This document shows positions 33,213-42,368 of a stretch of DNA of 64,000 nt, in pieces. This DNA is from Candidatus Altimarinota bacterium (GTDB lineage Bacteria; Patescibacteriota; Gracilibacteria; UBA1369): NCBI GenBank assembly GCA_963677745.1, contig OY782391.1, forward strand, positions 256,001-320,000. Direction: 5' to 3'. A model generated the notes under the pieces. That model searched no databases and was not told the origin of the DNA. It saw only the letters and a list, made by a program, of their open reading frames with translations. A program made the position numbers and the translations under genes. The first letter of the stretch is position 1. Each line of letters begins with the position of its first letter.

Positions 33213-34556
33213 TTATTTTTTCTTTAGATAAACAAAGGTAAGAATACCGCCAATCAGAATTACTCCACCGGACAGGACAATGTAAAGCACTGCCGGTTGC
33301 TGTTTATCATCAGATGAAATTGGAACGGTGCTTTCGGATACCACAGTATTGGCAGATACCGGTGCCGCTGTTTGTTCTGACGATAAAGATTTTTCAAGTA
33401 GAGCAAAATCGATCTTATCCGCATTGTCCCAGGTGTCTTGTTCCAAGATAATGTCAAAATTATCTTTGATGATTTTTCCTGAAATATCCACATTTGCCAT
33501 CTCTCCTCCGCTAATATCGACAGTCTCGCTACCATTTAAAGCTGTAAACGAGATTTTACCTTCCAGCACTTTAATGCCGGAAACCCCATTTGTTTCACTG
33601 GCAACAAAGGTTGTACCTTTGATACCGGCAACAGCCTGATTCATTTCCATGGACATTGAGCCATCATTAACCATCTTCTTTAAATTCACCCATATATTGC
33701 CGGCTACCAGTTTAATTTTACTTTCTTTTTCCGGAGGTGAATCAATCACAACCTCCGAATCCGGCTTCAAAACAAAGGTGGACTTATCAGAAAAGCTCAG
33801 AATTGCAGTACTGTTCTCCTGGGTTCGGATATGAGCGAAAACCGGCAGTTTGGTACCCGGTTTGCACAGTTTCCAGCCATCCGGATCGTCATCCGCCCGC
33901 CATTCCACCTGCCCGGTCATCCCTGAAAACCTTGCTCCGGAATCAACCTGAACCTGGTCGCTATCGGGTGTGTCCGTCGTCTCGGAAACACCGTACTCAC
34001 TCAGACGCCAGACAACGATGGAAGAATAGGCCAGAGAACTGGAATTGTTTTCTACAGAACCGTCAGCCATGCCCTGCTGCCTCTCTTCATTTGTATTACC
34101 CGTATAGCGGATCACAACCTGATCATCAACGACCTGACCGGTAAAGCTGCCCTGGGTATCGGCAAGCCAATGTGCTTTGATATCGGAAACACCGCCGTGC
34201 CAGACATCATTCATGTCCAGTATAATACTAAAAGTGCCTGACAGCTGGCCGTCACTTTTGTCATAATCTCCATTCATTTTTATACTTGCAGTGCCATTGA
34301 ACCCCTGGTTTCCAACGGTAAAGCCAATGGGGATTGACCGGTCCGCAGTTATTTTACCGCTTTTTATATCCACATTGGCCGAGCTGAATAAAACCCTTTC
34401 CGCTCTTGTACCAGGCATTTGATCAGCCCCCATATTTCTGACACCCAGATAGAGAAAGAAATCCGCCTGTGGAAAAACCGTATCGCCTGCGAAAACCGGT
34501 AAAACAAGAACAAAAGTTAAAAACAGGGCTGCTAAATAAACAGAAATTTTTCGCAT
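33213..34556 (-). CDS. FecR-domain surface protein
   Basis: Signal peptide; IRTQENSTAILSFSD, AVAGIKGTTF, VLEG; C-terminal TM with KKK. Confidence 0.8.
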   Translation of the reverse strand: MRKISVYLAALFLTFVLVLPVFAGDTVFPQADFFLYLGVRNMGADQMPGTRAERVLFSSANVDIKSGKITADRSIPIGFTVGNQGFNGTASIKMNGDYDKSDGQLSGTFSIILDMNDVWHGGVSDIKAHWLADTQGSFTGQVVDDQVVIRYTGNTNEERQQGMADGSVENNSSSLAYSSIVVWRLSEYGVSETTDTPDSDQVQVDSGARFSGMTGQVEWRADDDPDGWKLCKPGTKLPVFAHIRTQENSTAILSFSDKSTFVLKPDSEVVIDSPPEKESKIKLVAGNIWVNLKKMVNDGSMSMEMNQAVAGIKGTTFVASETNGVSGIKVLEGKISFTALNGSETVDISGGEMANVDISGKIIKDNFDIILEQDTWDNADKIDFALLEKSLSSEQTAAPVSANTVVSESTVPISSDDKQQPAVLYIVLSGGVILIGGILTFVYLKKK

Positions 34557-34638
34557 GATATTTAAATGAAGTTAAACCAATTATACACGTTTATCTTCAA
34601 AACCACGCGACAGAAAAGCCTTTGGCAACAAGGGCGTT

Positions 34639-35451
34639 TTAAATTTTGTGCTTAACACTCCCGTTCCAAACCGCCTGGCGGGCTTTTTGGGCATCATATG
34701 GGACTTTCAAGGCAGCATGCAAATCCCCTAATTTACTGTCTAAAAACTGATGTTCTTCCCCTTCAAATGTTCTTAATTTCAAAAAGGCGGTAAAATTTGG
34801 CGCCACCATAATATTCCACCAATTAGGAATCGGCCGAAGGCCGAACTTGGAAACAAAGTGGTTGATACTTATCTGGTCCGTTTGGGGATGTGCTTTATCA
34901 TAGATATACAGATCAGCTTGTCCGCCAAGCATCTGATAAATCGCCTGCACCTCAGCATTGCTTAATATAACGCGGAAGGGAGCCTTGTATGGTCTCGAGG
35001 TGTATGCCTGTTCACATTCGCCCCTAAAGGTAACACCATAATAACAATCCAAAGATTCGACCTCCAATTTAAATACTTTCCCCCCAACTGTAACTGAAGG
35101 AATCGTTCGTTTCATCAATGAATTTTGCGTGTTAAATCGCTGGATCGCCTCCTGATGAGGCAAATAGGTAACCATAGTTTCAATTTCTTCAAAGTTCTTT
35201 TTTATGCGGTCATAAACTTCCTTAATTTCTTTTTCCTTTTTTGTCTTTTCGACACTTGGTGGTCTTTGTGCCACATGACTTTCGAGAGTATCTTCAAGAA
35301 CCGGCTCCGAATTTCTGCTGATATTTTGGTTAAAGGCGACGACCAATCCTAAAACTGCAGCAGCACCGGTAAAAACAAACAACTTTTCGGAAACTCCCGT
35401 GCTATTATCCGGATACAGAGCCTCAATATCTTTTGCATAACCTTTTTCCAT
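34639..35451 (-). CDS. Hypothetical membrane-anchored protein
   Basis: 270-aa ORF with an N-terminal TM segment. Confidence 0.65.
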   Translation of the reverse strand: MEKGYAKDIEALYPDNSTGVSEKLFVFTGAAAVLGLVVAFNQNISRNSEPVLEDTLESHVAQRPPSVEKTKKEKEIKEVYDRIKKNFEEIETMVTYLPHQEAIQRFNTQNSLMKRTIPSVTVGGKVFKLEVESLDCYYGVTFRGECEQAYTSRPYKAPFRVILSNAEVQAIYQMLGGQADLYIYDKAHPQTDQISINHFVSKFGLRPIPNWWNIMVAPNFTAFLKLRTFEGEEHQFLDSKLGDLHAALKVPYDAQKARQAVWNGSVKHKI

Positions 35452-35528
35452 AGCTTTAGAGTTAATAATTGGAGACTATTATCACATAATTTTCATCAAT
35501 CCGTCAAATATAACGTTAAAACAACGAG

Positions 35529-35558
35529 AGACTGAAGCCCTTTGAAACAAGGGCTTTT
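35529..35558. repeat. Palindromic repeat, copy 2
   Basis: AGACTGAAGCCCTTTGAAACAAGGGCTTTT. Confidence 0.85.
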
Positions 35559-35605
35559 TATTGTATGGTAAAGCCAGCGGATAAAAAGTCCCTAAATAAA
35601 AGTTT

Positions 35606-36244
35606 ATGAAAAAAACACCCTCAATCTTCACAATATCATTCATTTTCTTCACAGCCCTGATCGCCGTAGCCTGCGCGCAAACCAAAGTGCAAACTCCGCC
35701 CACCGGCAACACACCGGACGGAGGAAAGACGGAATCCCCCATTGTCAACGCGCCGGATAATGGAAACACTGTGTCCCCAGTTGCCTGTACCATGGAAGCC
35801 AAATTGTGCCCGGACGGTTCGGCTGTCGGACGCTCCGGCCCCAATTGCGAATTTGCACCCTGTCCCGGAGCCACTGCCAATCCCGGAACTGTTTCCCTTG
35901 CCAATCCGGCATCACAAAATTGCACCAAACAGGGAGGCAAACTGGAAATGCGCAACAACAAGCTGGGCCAGTACGGAATTTGTTTTTTTGAAGACAACCG
36001 CCAATGCGAAGAATGGGCCCTGATGCGCGGCGATTGCCCGGTAGGCGGCCTGAAAATCACCGGATATGAAGATGATGCCCAGGTTTACTGTGCCATCACC
36101 GGCGGAAAGGTTGAGGGCGTGGGAACAGCAACACCAATGTGCCGCAGAACCGACGGCACGCTCTGCACCGCCCAGGCCAATTTTGACGGCCAATGCCCGG
36201 ATCCAAGCAACCCCGGTCCCAACGCCGGAAATGTGGAAGCCTGA
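35606..36244 (+). CDS. DUF333-domain Cys-rich lipoprotein
   Basis: Lipobox-like AVAC; ACTMEAKLCPDGS..CEFAPCP; ANPASQNC..GG..C..CEEWAL. Confidence 0.85.
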   Translation: MKKTPSIFTISFIFFTALIAVACAQTKVQTPPTGNTPDGGKTESPIVNAPDNGNTVSPVACTMEAKLCPDGSAVGRSGPNCEFAPCPGATANPGTVSLANPASQNCTKQGGKLEMRNNKLGQYGICFFEDNRQCEEWALMRGDCPVGGLKITGYEDDAQVYCAITGGKVEGVGTATPMCRRTDGTLCTAQANFDGQCPDPSNPGPNAGNVEA

Positions 36245-36301
36245 CAAAAAACAAAGTATCCGTACAAATCGGAACAGCCTGCGCCCGAACATTAATCCAC
36301 T

Positions 36302-37795
36302 TTATGGTTGTTGCGCCTGCAAATCATCCTGCGCCGCCCTGGAATAAAAAAGCGGAATAATACCATTGATGCATTTAAATCCTTTTTTGGTGACCTTTAA
36401 TATTCCGTCCTCCAGCATCATCAGACCCGACTTCAGAACAAAATCAATTTCTTCCCGAAAATGATACCTCAAATCAATCCCGAAACTTTTCCCCAGATCG
36501 TCCAGCCGGATCACGCCTGAATACAAAGAAATGGCAAAGGCCTTGGCAATCTGTTCCTCCACCGGCAATTGATAATAATCCTGCAAAGGTAATTTTCCTT
36601 CACGGATACTGCTATAATAGCTATCAAGAGTTTTATCCTTTTGCCCCTGGTTATAAGCAATTCCTTCGGGAGTTTTTGACTGTGCCCCCATCCCCATTCC
36701 CAGATATGAAACGCCTTTCATAGACCGGTTTTCCAGATAAGAACTCAAGCCCAACTCGCCGTTATTGCGGGAAAAAGTGTTCTGGCCATAGGTGGCCTGA
36801 TATCCCTTTTCCTTAAGATGCTGGTAGGCGCTATCGTAGAGTTTGTTAACATATTCCAGTGAAACCGCCGACTGGTGTGACTCGATATCCGTATCCTTAA
36901 AATGGGTACGGTAAAGCGTAATGACCTCCGGATGCTGTGATATGGCAAAATCCAGCGTGGCTTTCAGAGTATCTTCTCCCTGGCTTTTAAATCCATACAT
37001 CAAATCCAGATTCAGATTGTCAAAGCCCGCCTCTCTGATATTTTTAACCGCCTGTTCCACCACCACCGCAGAATTACCAACCTGTCTCAACTGTTCAATG
37101 GAATGACTTTTCACCGCCTGCACACCCATACTGATACGCGAGAATCCCAATTTTCTAATTTTTCTCAATTTATCCAAACCGGCAGCGGCAATTTTGGGAG
37201 TTGTCTCGATGCTCCTTATAATCCCCTTCCGGAAATCGCAGTGTTTTTCAACGGCAGCCACAATGCGCCCGATCTGCTCCGCTGAGAGCATGGTGGGAGT
37301 TCCCCCTCCCAGGTCAAAACCCGCTAATTGCTTGCCCTCCAGGGCCGGTGCATACAGCTCAATCTCTCTGATCAGAGCCTCTACATATTCTTCACGCTGC
37401 ATCTCGTTGGTACCGGGCACCACGGCATAATCACAGAATTTGCAGCGGGAAACACAGAAAGGTACGTGAATATATATTGATAAGGGTTCAGCCTGCCTCC
37501 ACACCTCCAGCACTTGTTCCCAATCGGGAGTAGTGCGGTAAGGAGCCCACAACTGCTTATGAATTGGATAGGCAAAGTTCGCCAGATGATGCTGTTCGAG
37601 CCCCTTCTTAAATACGTCGTAAAGCCGGGCTTCCCTGGCGTCTACAATCGCCTGTCTGATCCGGTCGACTATCACTGAAACCGGTTCGGTAAAATCAGGT
37701 GCCGTATCAACGGAGTCATTAACTACCGCCCGGTACTCGATGGGAGCCGGCAAAGGTTTGCCTTCCGATGTTCTTTTCTCGCCGGATACGGACAT
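36302..37795 (-). CDS. HemN/HemW-like radical SAM protein
   Basis: YIHVPFCVSRCKFC, GGGTPT, RISMGVQ, NLDLMYG, YLGMGMGAQS. Confidence 0.9.
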   Translation of the reverse strand: MSVSGEKRTSEGKPLPAPIEYRAVVNDSVDTAPDFTEPVSVIVDRIRQAIVDAREARLYDVFKKGLEQHHLANFAYPIHKQLWAPYRTTPDWEQVLEVWRQAEPLSIYIHVPFCVSRCKFCDYAVVPGTNEMQREEYVEALIREIELYAPALEGKQLAGFDLGGGTPTMLSAEQIGRIVAAVEKHCDFRKGIIRSIETTPKIAAAGLDKLRKIRKLGFSRISMGVQAVKSHSIEQLRQVGNSAVVVEQAVKNIREAGFDNLNLDLMYGFKSQGEDTLKATLDFAISQHPEVITLYRTHFKDTDIESHQSAVSLEYVNKLYDSAYQHLKEKGYQATYGQNTFSRNNGELGLSSYLENRSMKGVSYLGMGMGAQSKTPEGIAYNQGQKDKTLDSYYSSIREGKLPLQDYYQLPVEEQIAKAFAISLYSGVIRLDDLGKSFGIDLRYHFREEIDFVLKSGLMMLEDGILKVTKKGFKCINGIIPLFYSRAAQDDLQAQQP

Positions 37796-37852
37796 TATTT
37801 TTATAAAATATTATACAAGTTCATTATAACACAAAATACAGTATTAGTCCTC

Positions 37853-38491
37853 CTAACATTTGAGTGCCTGTTCCTGCCGGAAGTTGGAAGAAAGTCCGGA
37901 TTGTTTGCTGGAATTCCCCCACAACCCCCGTTGATTCAGAACAGGATAGGTTAGCAGAGGTACCACCGTCGGGATAGTTAAAAACGGAACCTCCGTACTG
38001 CAGGGAATTTTGATCATTTCATCCAGAAATGACCTGTTTTTGGCGGAGAGGCCTTTGTCACCGCCGATAACCGCAACATCGGCGGCTCCCCAATGATAAT
38101 TAAGTGCGTTCACTCCTTCCGACGGAGATGTTCCCACCAGACGGAAACCCTGTTTTTTCAAATCCTCCAGAGTTGCCGGCTTTCGCGGAATCGATTTAAT
38201 CGCCTCCTCTGAAATATTCCAGGACATAATTTTGTTCCTGATTTTCGGCTGCATGAAATCCAGTGACTCCCCGATCAGATAAGTCGCCACATGCGGTACC
38301 GGGCGCGCGTCAGATTCCCGTGTTATGGATCGTCCAGCGATACCGGTAGCCAGAATTACCTGCGCCAGTTGGGCCAAGTCTGACGGCATATTCACGTTCA
38401 CCAGAGCCAGCCTGACCGGCGGAACCCGGCATAGAGATTCCCAAAGTTCCCACTGTTTTTCATCCCAGTTTTGAAGCGGCAATTCAGACAT
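37853..38491 (-). CDS. Divergent SPOUT (SpoU/TrmH-like) methyltransferase
   Basis: LALVNVNMPSD...LVGTS...VIGGDKGLS...IKIP..PFL knot-like C-terminus. Confidence 0.65.
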   Translation of the reverse strand: MSELPLQNWDEKQWELWESLCRVPPVRLALVNVNMPSDLAQLAQVILATGIAGRSITRESDARPVPHVATYLIGESLDFMQPKIRNKIMSWNISEEAIKSIPRKPATLEDLKKQGFRLVGTSPSEGVNALNYHWGAADVAVIGGDKGLSAKNRSFLDEMIKIPCSTEVPFLTIPTVVPLLTYPVLNQRGLWGNSSKQSGLSSNFRQEQALKC

Positions 38492-38509
38492 CGCAAAAAA
38501 GTAAATGTA

Positions 38510-38770
38510 TTAATAAACCTGATTGTGGCTGCCGACATCCACCAGCAACACCTCGGCATAATCATCAAACTCTTCAAAAACGATTCGGACATCCCAAGTC
38601 ACCCTGATCGCCCGTTTACCTTCCAGATCGCCGCGCAATGCATGATTGTCCAAAACAGGATCATGAGGATTGGCTTTGAATAATTCAATTGCCTCCTCCA
38701 CTTTTTCCTGCATCTTGGGAGTCAACTTGTGCCAGGCTTTTACAAAATGTTTTTGGAAAAATAATTTCAT
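38510..38770 (-). CDS. YafQ/RelE-family type II toxin
   Basis: LDNHALRGDLEG.R.I....DVRIVF...VGSHNQVY. Confidence 0.9.
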   Translation of the reverse strand: MKLFFQKHFVKAWHKLTPKMQEKVEEAIELFKANPHDPVLDNHALRGDLEGKRAIRVTWDVRIVFEEFDDYAEVLLVDVGSHNQVY

Positions 38771-39063
38771 TTCTTCTTTGCTTCTAATTTCTTAAAATGA
38801 GCCGCCGCTTCCCGAACATTTTTTGCCTCAACTATGTTAATACCCTTTTTCGCCTCCGCCGCGGCTTTCAAAATCTCCTGTTCCTGAGCCACGGTCAGAC
38901 CGTTTTCAGTCAGCAGCTGTAATGGAATACCCTTATAAATTATAATCTGCTTTAAATAAACCTTGATGGCCGAACTAAGGTCCAGGCCCAGATCTGTCAG
39001 GATGGCCTGAGCGTCCTTTTTGGTTTTTTCATCTATTCTGATTTGAATTTGAGTCATTTTCAT
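38767..39063 (-). CDS. DinJ/RelB-family antitoxin
   Basis: IQIRIDEKTK..A..IL..LGLDLSSAI...GIP; overlaps the toxin start (ATGA). Confidence 0.92.
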   Translation of the reverse strand: MKMTQIQIRIDEKTKKDAQAILTDLGLDLSSAIKVYLKQIIIYKGIPLQLLTENGLTVAQEQEILKAAAEAKKGINIVEAKNVREAAAHFKKLEAKKK

Positions 39064-39211
39064 ATGCTGTTTGGGGTAAGGTTCAATTTAATTTTACCCC
39101 GAAGTAATGACATTGTAAATACACATCAATACAGTCAGTCGTATCGTTACAATGTCACAACCAATATATCCCGGTCACATTAACCGGAGCTAAAATAATG
39201 CATAAATAATC

Positions 39212-39874
39212 TTACTGGCTGTATTCCGACTTCTGCAGTTTCCCCAGTTCTCCGGTAAAGACGGACAGATGCTGATTATGCCGGTCCATCAGTCGTCTCT
39301 GCCTGTCCCCAAAACTCTTCTCATTATCCAGCGCCGCCTTCTGCAAAGAATTAAACTCTGTTCCCAGAGTCTCCATATTAAAAGTTAAATTTTTACCCGT
39401 CATGAAAATCTTCCCCTGATTGGTTATCGCAAAGTCCAGCAGGGCCATTTTGTAATACTGTCTGCCTGTTTCCAGGACCTTCAAATCCTCAAAATCCTTG
39501 CGGAGTCCGTCATATGCCTCCTGTAATTCCGCTGTGATCGGCGCCGATCCGGCATATTTGGTTTTTAACTGCTCTGTCTTCGCCACCATAGAATCAAACA
39601 CCTGATTGTTGATACGCTCGGTTTCCATTACCACCTTGGCGGCCGACTGCAACCGTGTCATATCCGTAAAAAGTTTTTTATCCTCCAGCGAAAAAGCGGC
39701 CCCGGCACTCTTTACTTCCTGTTCGGCTTTTTTCTTATATTCATCCATTGCAGACAGATACTCTTTGTTGATCCAATAAGACCAGCCGGAATTATTCATA
39801 CTGAATGCCCTCATGGTCAGAACAGCCACCGGAATCAGGATCAGAATCATCAGAACCAGAATTATTTTTTTCAT
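39212..39874 (-). CDS. Hypothetical secreted/membrane helical protein
   Basis: N-terminal hydrophobic segment; 220 aa. Confidence 0.7.
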   Translation of the reverse strand: MKKIILVLMILILIPVAVLTMRAFSMNNSGWSYWINKEYLSAMDEYKKKAEQEVKSAGAAFSLEDKKLFTDMTRLQSAAKVVMETERINNQVFDSMVAKTEQLKTKYAGSAPITAELQEAYDGLRKDFEDLKVLETGRQYYKMALLDFAITNQGKIFMTGKNLTFNMETLGTEFNSLQKAALDNEKSFGDRQRRLMDRHNQHLSVFTGELGKLQKSEYSQ

Positions 39875-39955
39875 ATTTGTTAGTAATTGCGTGCAATCAT
39901 ATTAGACAATATCAGACTTATGGGAAAATTTTCAACTGTGTTGGGATTTTCGATA

Positions 39956-41074
39956 TCAGATCTCCCCCCGCTCTTTCATTCCTTTCAGCAGATTATGGAA
40001 ATTCTTCAGGTTAATATAGAATCTGCTTTCATCAATCAACGGGGTTCTGTCCTGTAAATCAATGTGTCGGTCATAAAAAGAAGAAACGGTTGATAATTCA
40101 GGCAAACGGCGGCTTCCGCCACCCGAGCTGGTATAAGTACACAAATCCACCTGCCGGGGTTCCAGCTCTTTCAGCACAGGGGCCAGTGCGTTCAATGTGT
40201 CGCCGCTATTGTAGTCATTTTCACAAACCAGAATCTTCGCACCTTTCCGTACCGCCTGCCCGGACTGATCTTTGCCCATGTTCTGCCACCGGGGACCCGT
40301 CTTCCAGTCTTTGTGCCATTCTATATAACGCACCTGCTTGCCCAAAACTTCCAGCATCAAAGCCAGCGGCACACCCGACCGCAATACGGGAACTATCAGA
40401 TCATAATCCATTTTGGCGATTTCCATAGCGGCATTGACTATGGCCACCCGGCTAAAAATAAAATATTCATCCAGCCCGTATTTAGAGCAATAATCTTTCA
40501 ACAAAAGGGTAATTTCATCCACCAGCGGGTTCAATTTACTATATTCCAGCCTGTCAATTCCATAAACACGCCAGCCGGAATCATCCGCGGCCGCCAATTG
40601 CTCCGCCACCTTATTCCGCTGTGCCTCCGTGCCAAATTCCAGGGCCAGATTAAATAAGGAATCCGCTGTCTGACAGGTAACCTTGTGATTTCTTAGCACC
40701 CTGCCGAATAAATGTTTTTCTTCCTGTCTTAAAAATCTCACGCCATTCAGGGCAGTCCGATAATAATAATCATAAGGCTGAACCGGCATATGTTTTACGT
40801 TGGCCGTCACCATCTTCCGCACGGCATCTCCGATATCGTCAATCACCTCCGGCGCATATACCGGCGGCAGAGGCTGACCTTCCCAGACATCTCTGATAAT
40901 AGTCGAATCCAGGCCGTTTTCGGCAATTCTGGCCTTGACCTCGATCTCGGCGGCTATATGCACATTCACACTGTCTTTTCTGGCGCGCTTGGCGGACTCA
41001 CGATAATAGGCCGCTTTTTCAGCCCAATCTTTTTGCAAGTCCTCCAGTAATGATGATGGGAAAATTTCTGACAT
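39956..41074 (-). CDS. Protein with a C-terminal phosphoribosyltransferase-like domain
   Basis: VPVLRSGVP and ILVCENDYNSGDTL (PRPP-loop-like). Confidence 0.6.
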   Translation of the reverse strand: MSEIFPSSLLEDLQKDWAEKAAYYRESAKRARKDSVNVHIAAEIEVKARIAENGLDSTIIRDVWEGQPLPPVYAPEVIDDIGDAVRKMVTANVKHMPVQPYDYYYRTALNGVRFLRQEEKHLFGRVLRNHKVTCQTADSLFNLALEFGTEAQRNKVAEQLAAADDSGWRVYGIDRLEYSKLNPLVDEITLLLKDYCSKYGLDEYFIFSRVAIVNAAMEIAKMDYDLIVPVLRSGVPLALMLEVLGKQVRYIEWHKDWKTGPRWQNMGKDQSGQAVRKGAKILVCENDYNSGDTLNALAPVLKELEPRQVDLCTYTSSGGGSRRLPELSTVSSFYDRHIDLQDRTPLIDESRFYINLKNFHNLLKGMKERGEI

Positions 41075-41098
41075 ATTTTAGTGATTTTCTGTTTGCCG

Positions 41099-42082
41099 TT
41101 ATCTCTTCAAATCAACCGGTCTTTTCCACTGGACGTCCCAGGCATCAGTCTCCGGATTGTGAGCATAAGAGACAATCTGCGGATCGCGCACCTGACGGAT
41201 AAAACTTTCATAAGCTTTCAGTCTCCAGGAAATTTCTTGGGGGCTTTGCAGATAATTCAAAATACTGCTGCCATGGGCTGCTCCGTAAATCACGGCAATT
41301 TTCTTGTCGCGGGACAGTTCGTCCCGACAGAGATCGTCCAGCGCCCGTACCAGATAGACTTCCCTGAAATCATTCAGATCAAATTTGAGAGCTCCCAATG
41401 TACCGTTGCGGCCCAGATTATCCAGATCATGCGCCTGCACCCGCAAATCATGTTCCGCTTCCGAGGCCAGCGGTAGAATCATCATACCTCCCAGCAAACC
41501 CAGCGCTCCCTGCAACATCCGTCGGCGTGAAACAACCTGTTTGTCCACTTCTTCCGCTGCGGGAACTACCACCTTTCCCGAAAGTTCATTGCCCAGTTTT
41601 CGGATTCCGTCATCAATTTTGGGAATAAAAGCAGTGGCAACGCCGCCTGCGGCGGCCAAATATTTGGCGATGGAAATATTATCATTAGCATTCACCAAAC
41701 CGCCCTCATCCAGCGGGCCCGGATCAATCACTATCAACGGATGATTATGTTTGGCGGCCACTTTTTCCAGTCCGGCAAAAAAACGGGGCGTCGATCCGTT
41801 GACAACCATTTCCTTAATCTGCTCATAAGAAACCGCCATTCCCTGACTACGGCTATAATCATAAATTCCCCGGATAATTTCCGGATCAAAAGCATGTTCG
41901 GCTGCCGGCGCACCTTCCACAATCACCAGGTCGGCCGACTTCATAATTTCTTCATAATGAGCCATGTGCCTCTCCAAAAGTTCACCGTGATGCACCACCC
42001 GGTGCAATTGGACATTGCGGCCATTCAGACCGGTCTCAATGGGCTCAATCCATCGTGATAAATCACTGTATTTCTCGGACAT
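41099..42082 (-). CDS. Hypothetical protein, possible TraB/TIKI-like fold
   Basis: VVHH, VIVEG, RE, IAVIYGAAH; internal hydrophobic segments. Confidence 0.55.
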   Translation of the reverse strand: MSEKYSDLSRWIEPIETGLNGRNVQLHRVVHHGELLERHMAHYEEIMKSADLVIVEGAPAAEHAFDPEIIRGIYDYSRSQGMAVSYEQIKEMVVNGSTPRFFAGLEKVAAKHNHPLIVIDPGPLDEGGLVNANDNISIAKYLAAAGGVATAFIPKIDDGIRKLGNELSGKVVVPAAEEVDKQVVSRRRMLQGALGLLGGMMILPLASEAEHDLRVQAHDLDNLGRNGTLGALKFDLNDFREVYLVRALDDLCRDELSRDKKIAVIYGAAHGSSILNYLQSPQEISWRLKAYESFIRQVRDPQIVSYAHNPETDAWDVQWKRPVDLKR

Positions 42083-42368
42083 ATTTAATGATTAAAAACA
42101 CAAGATGTTAAATTAATACACTTTTGTGTTTTTGTCAATCGCAGGCAGACTTTAAACTTTCATATGAATACCAGCTCAAAGCTGTGGAAAGAGCCTCACA
42201 GCAATGCGGGGCTTTTTCTTTTTACATCGCCGGCCGGCCCCCGCCACCACCCGCCGTCCACCATATTTGCCCACGCCGAAAGGCCCCCAGTTCTGCGCGC
42301 ACGCGACGGGGGCCCGGATTTGAATGGTGATAGACACCACCCAATGACACAAAGCAAGCCAGGCAGGC

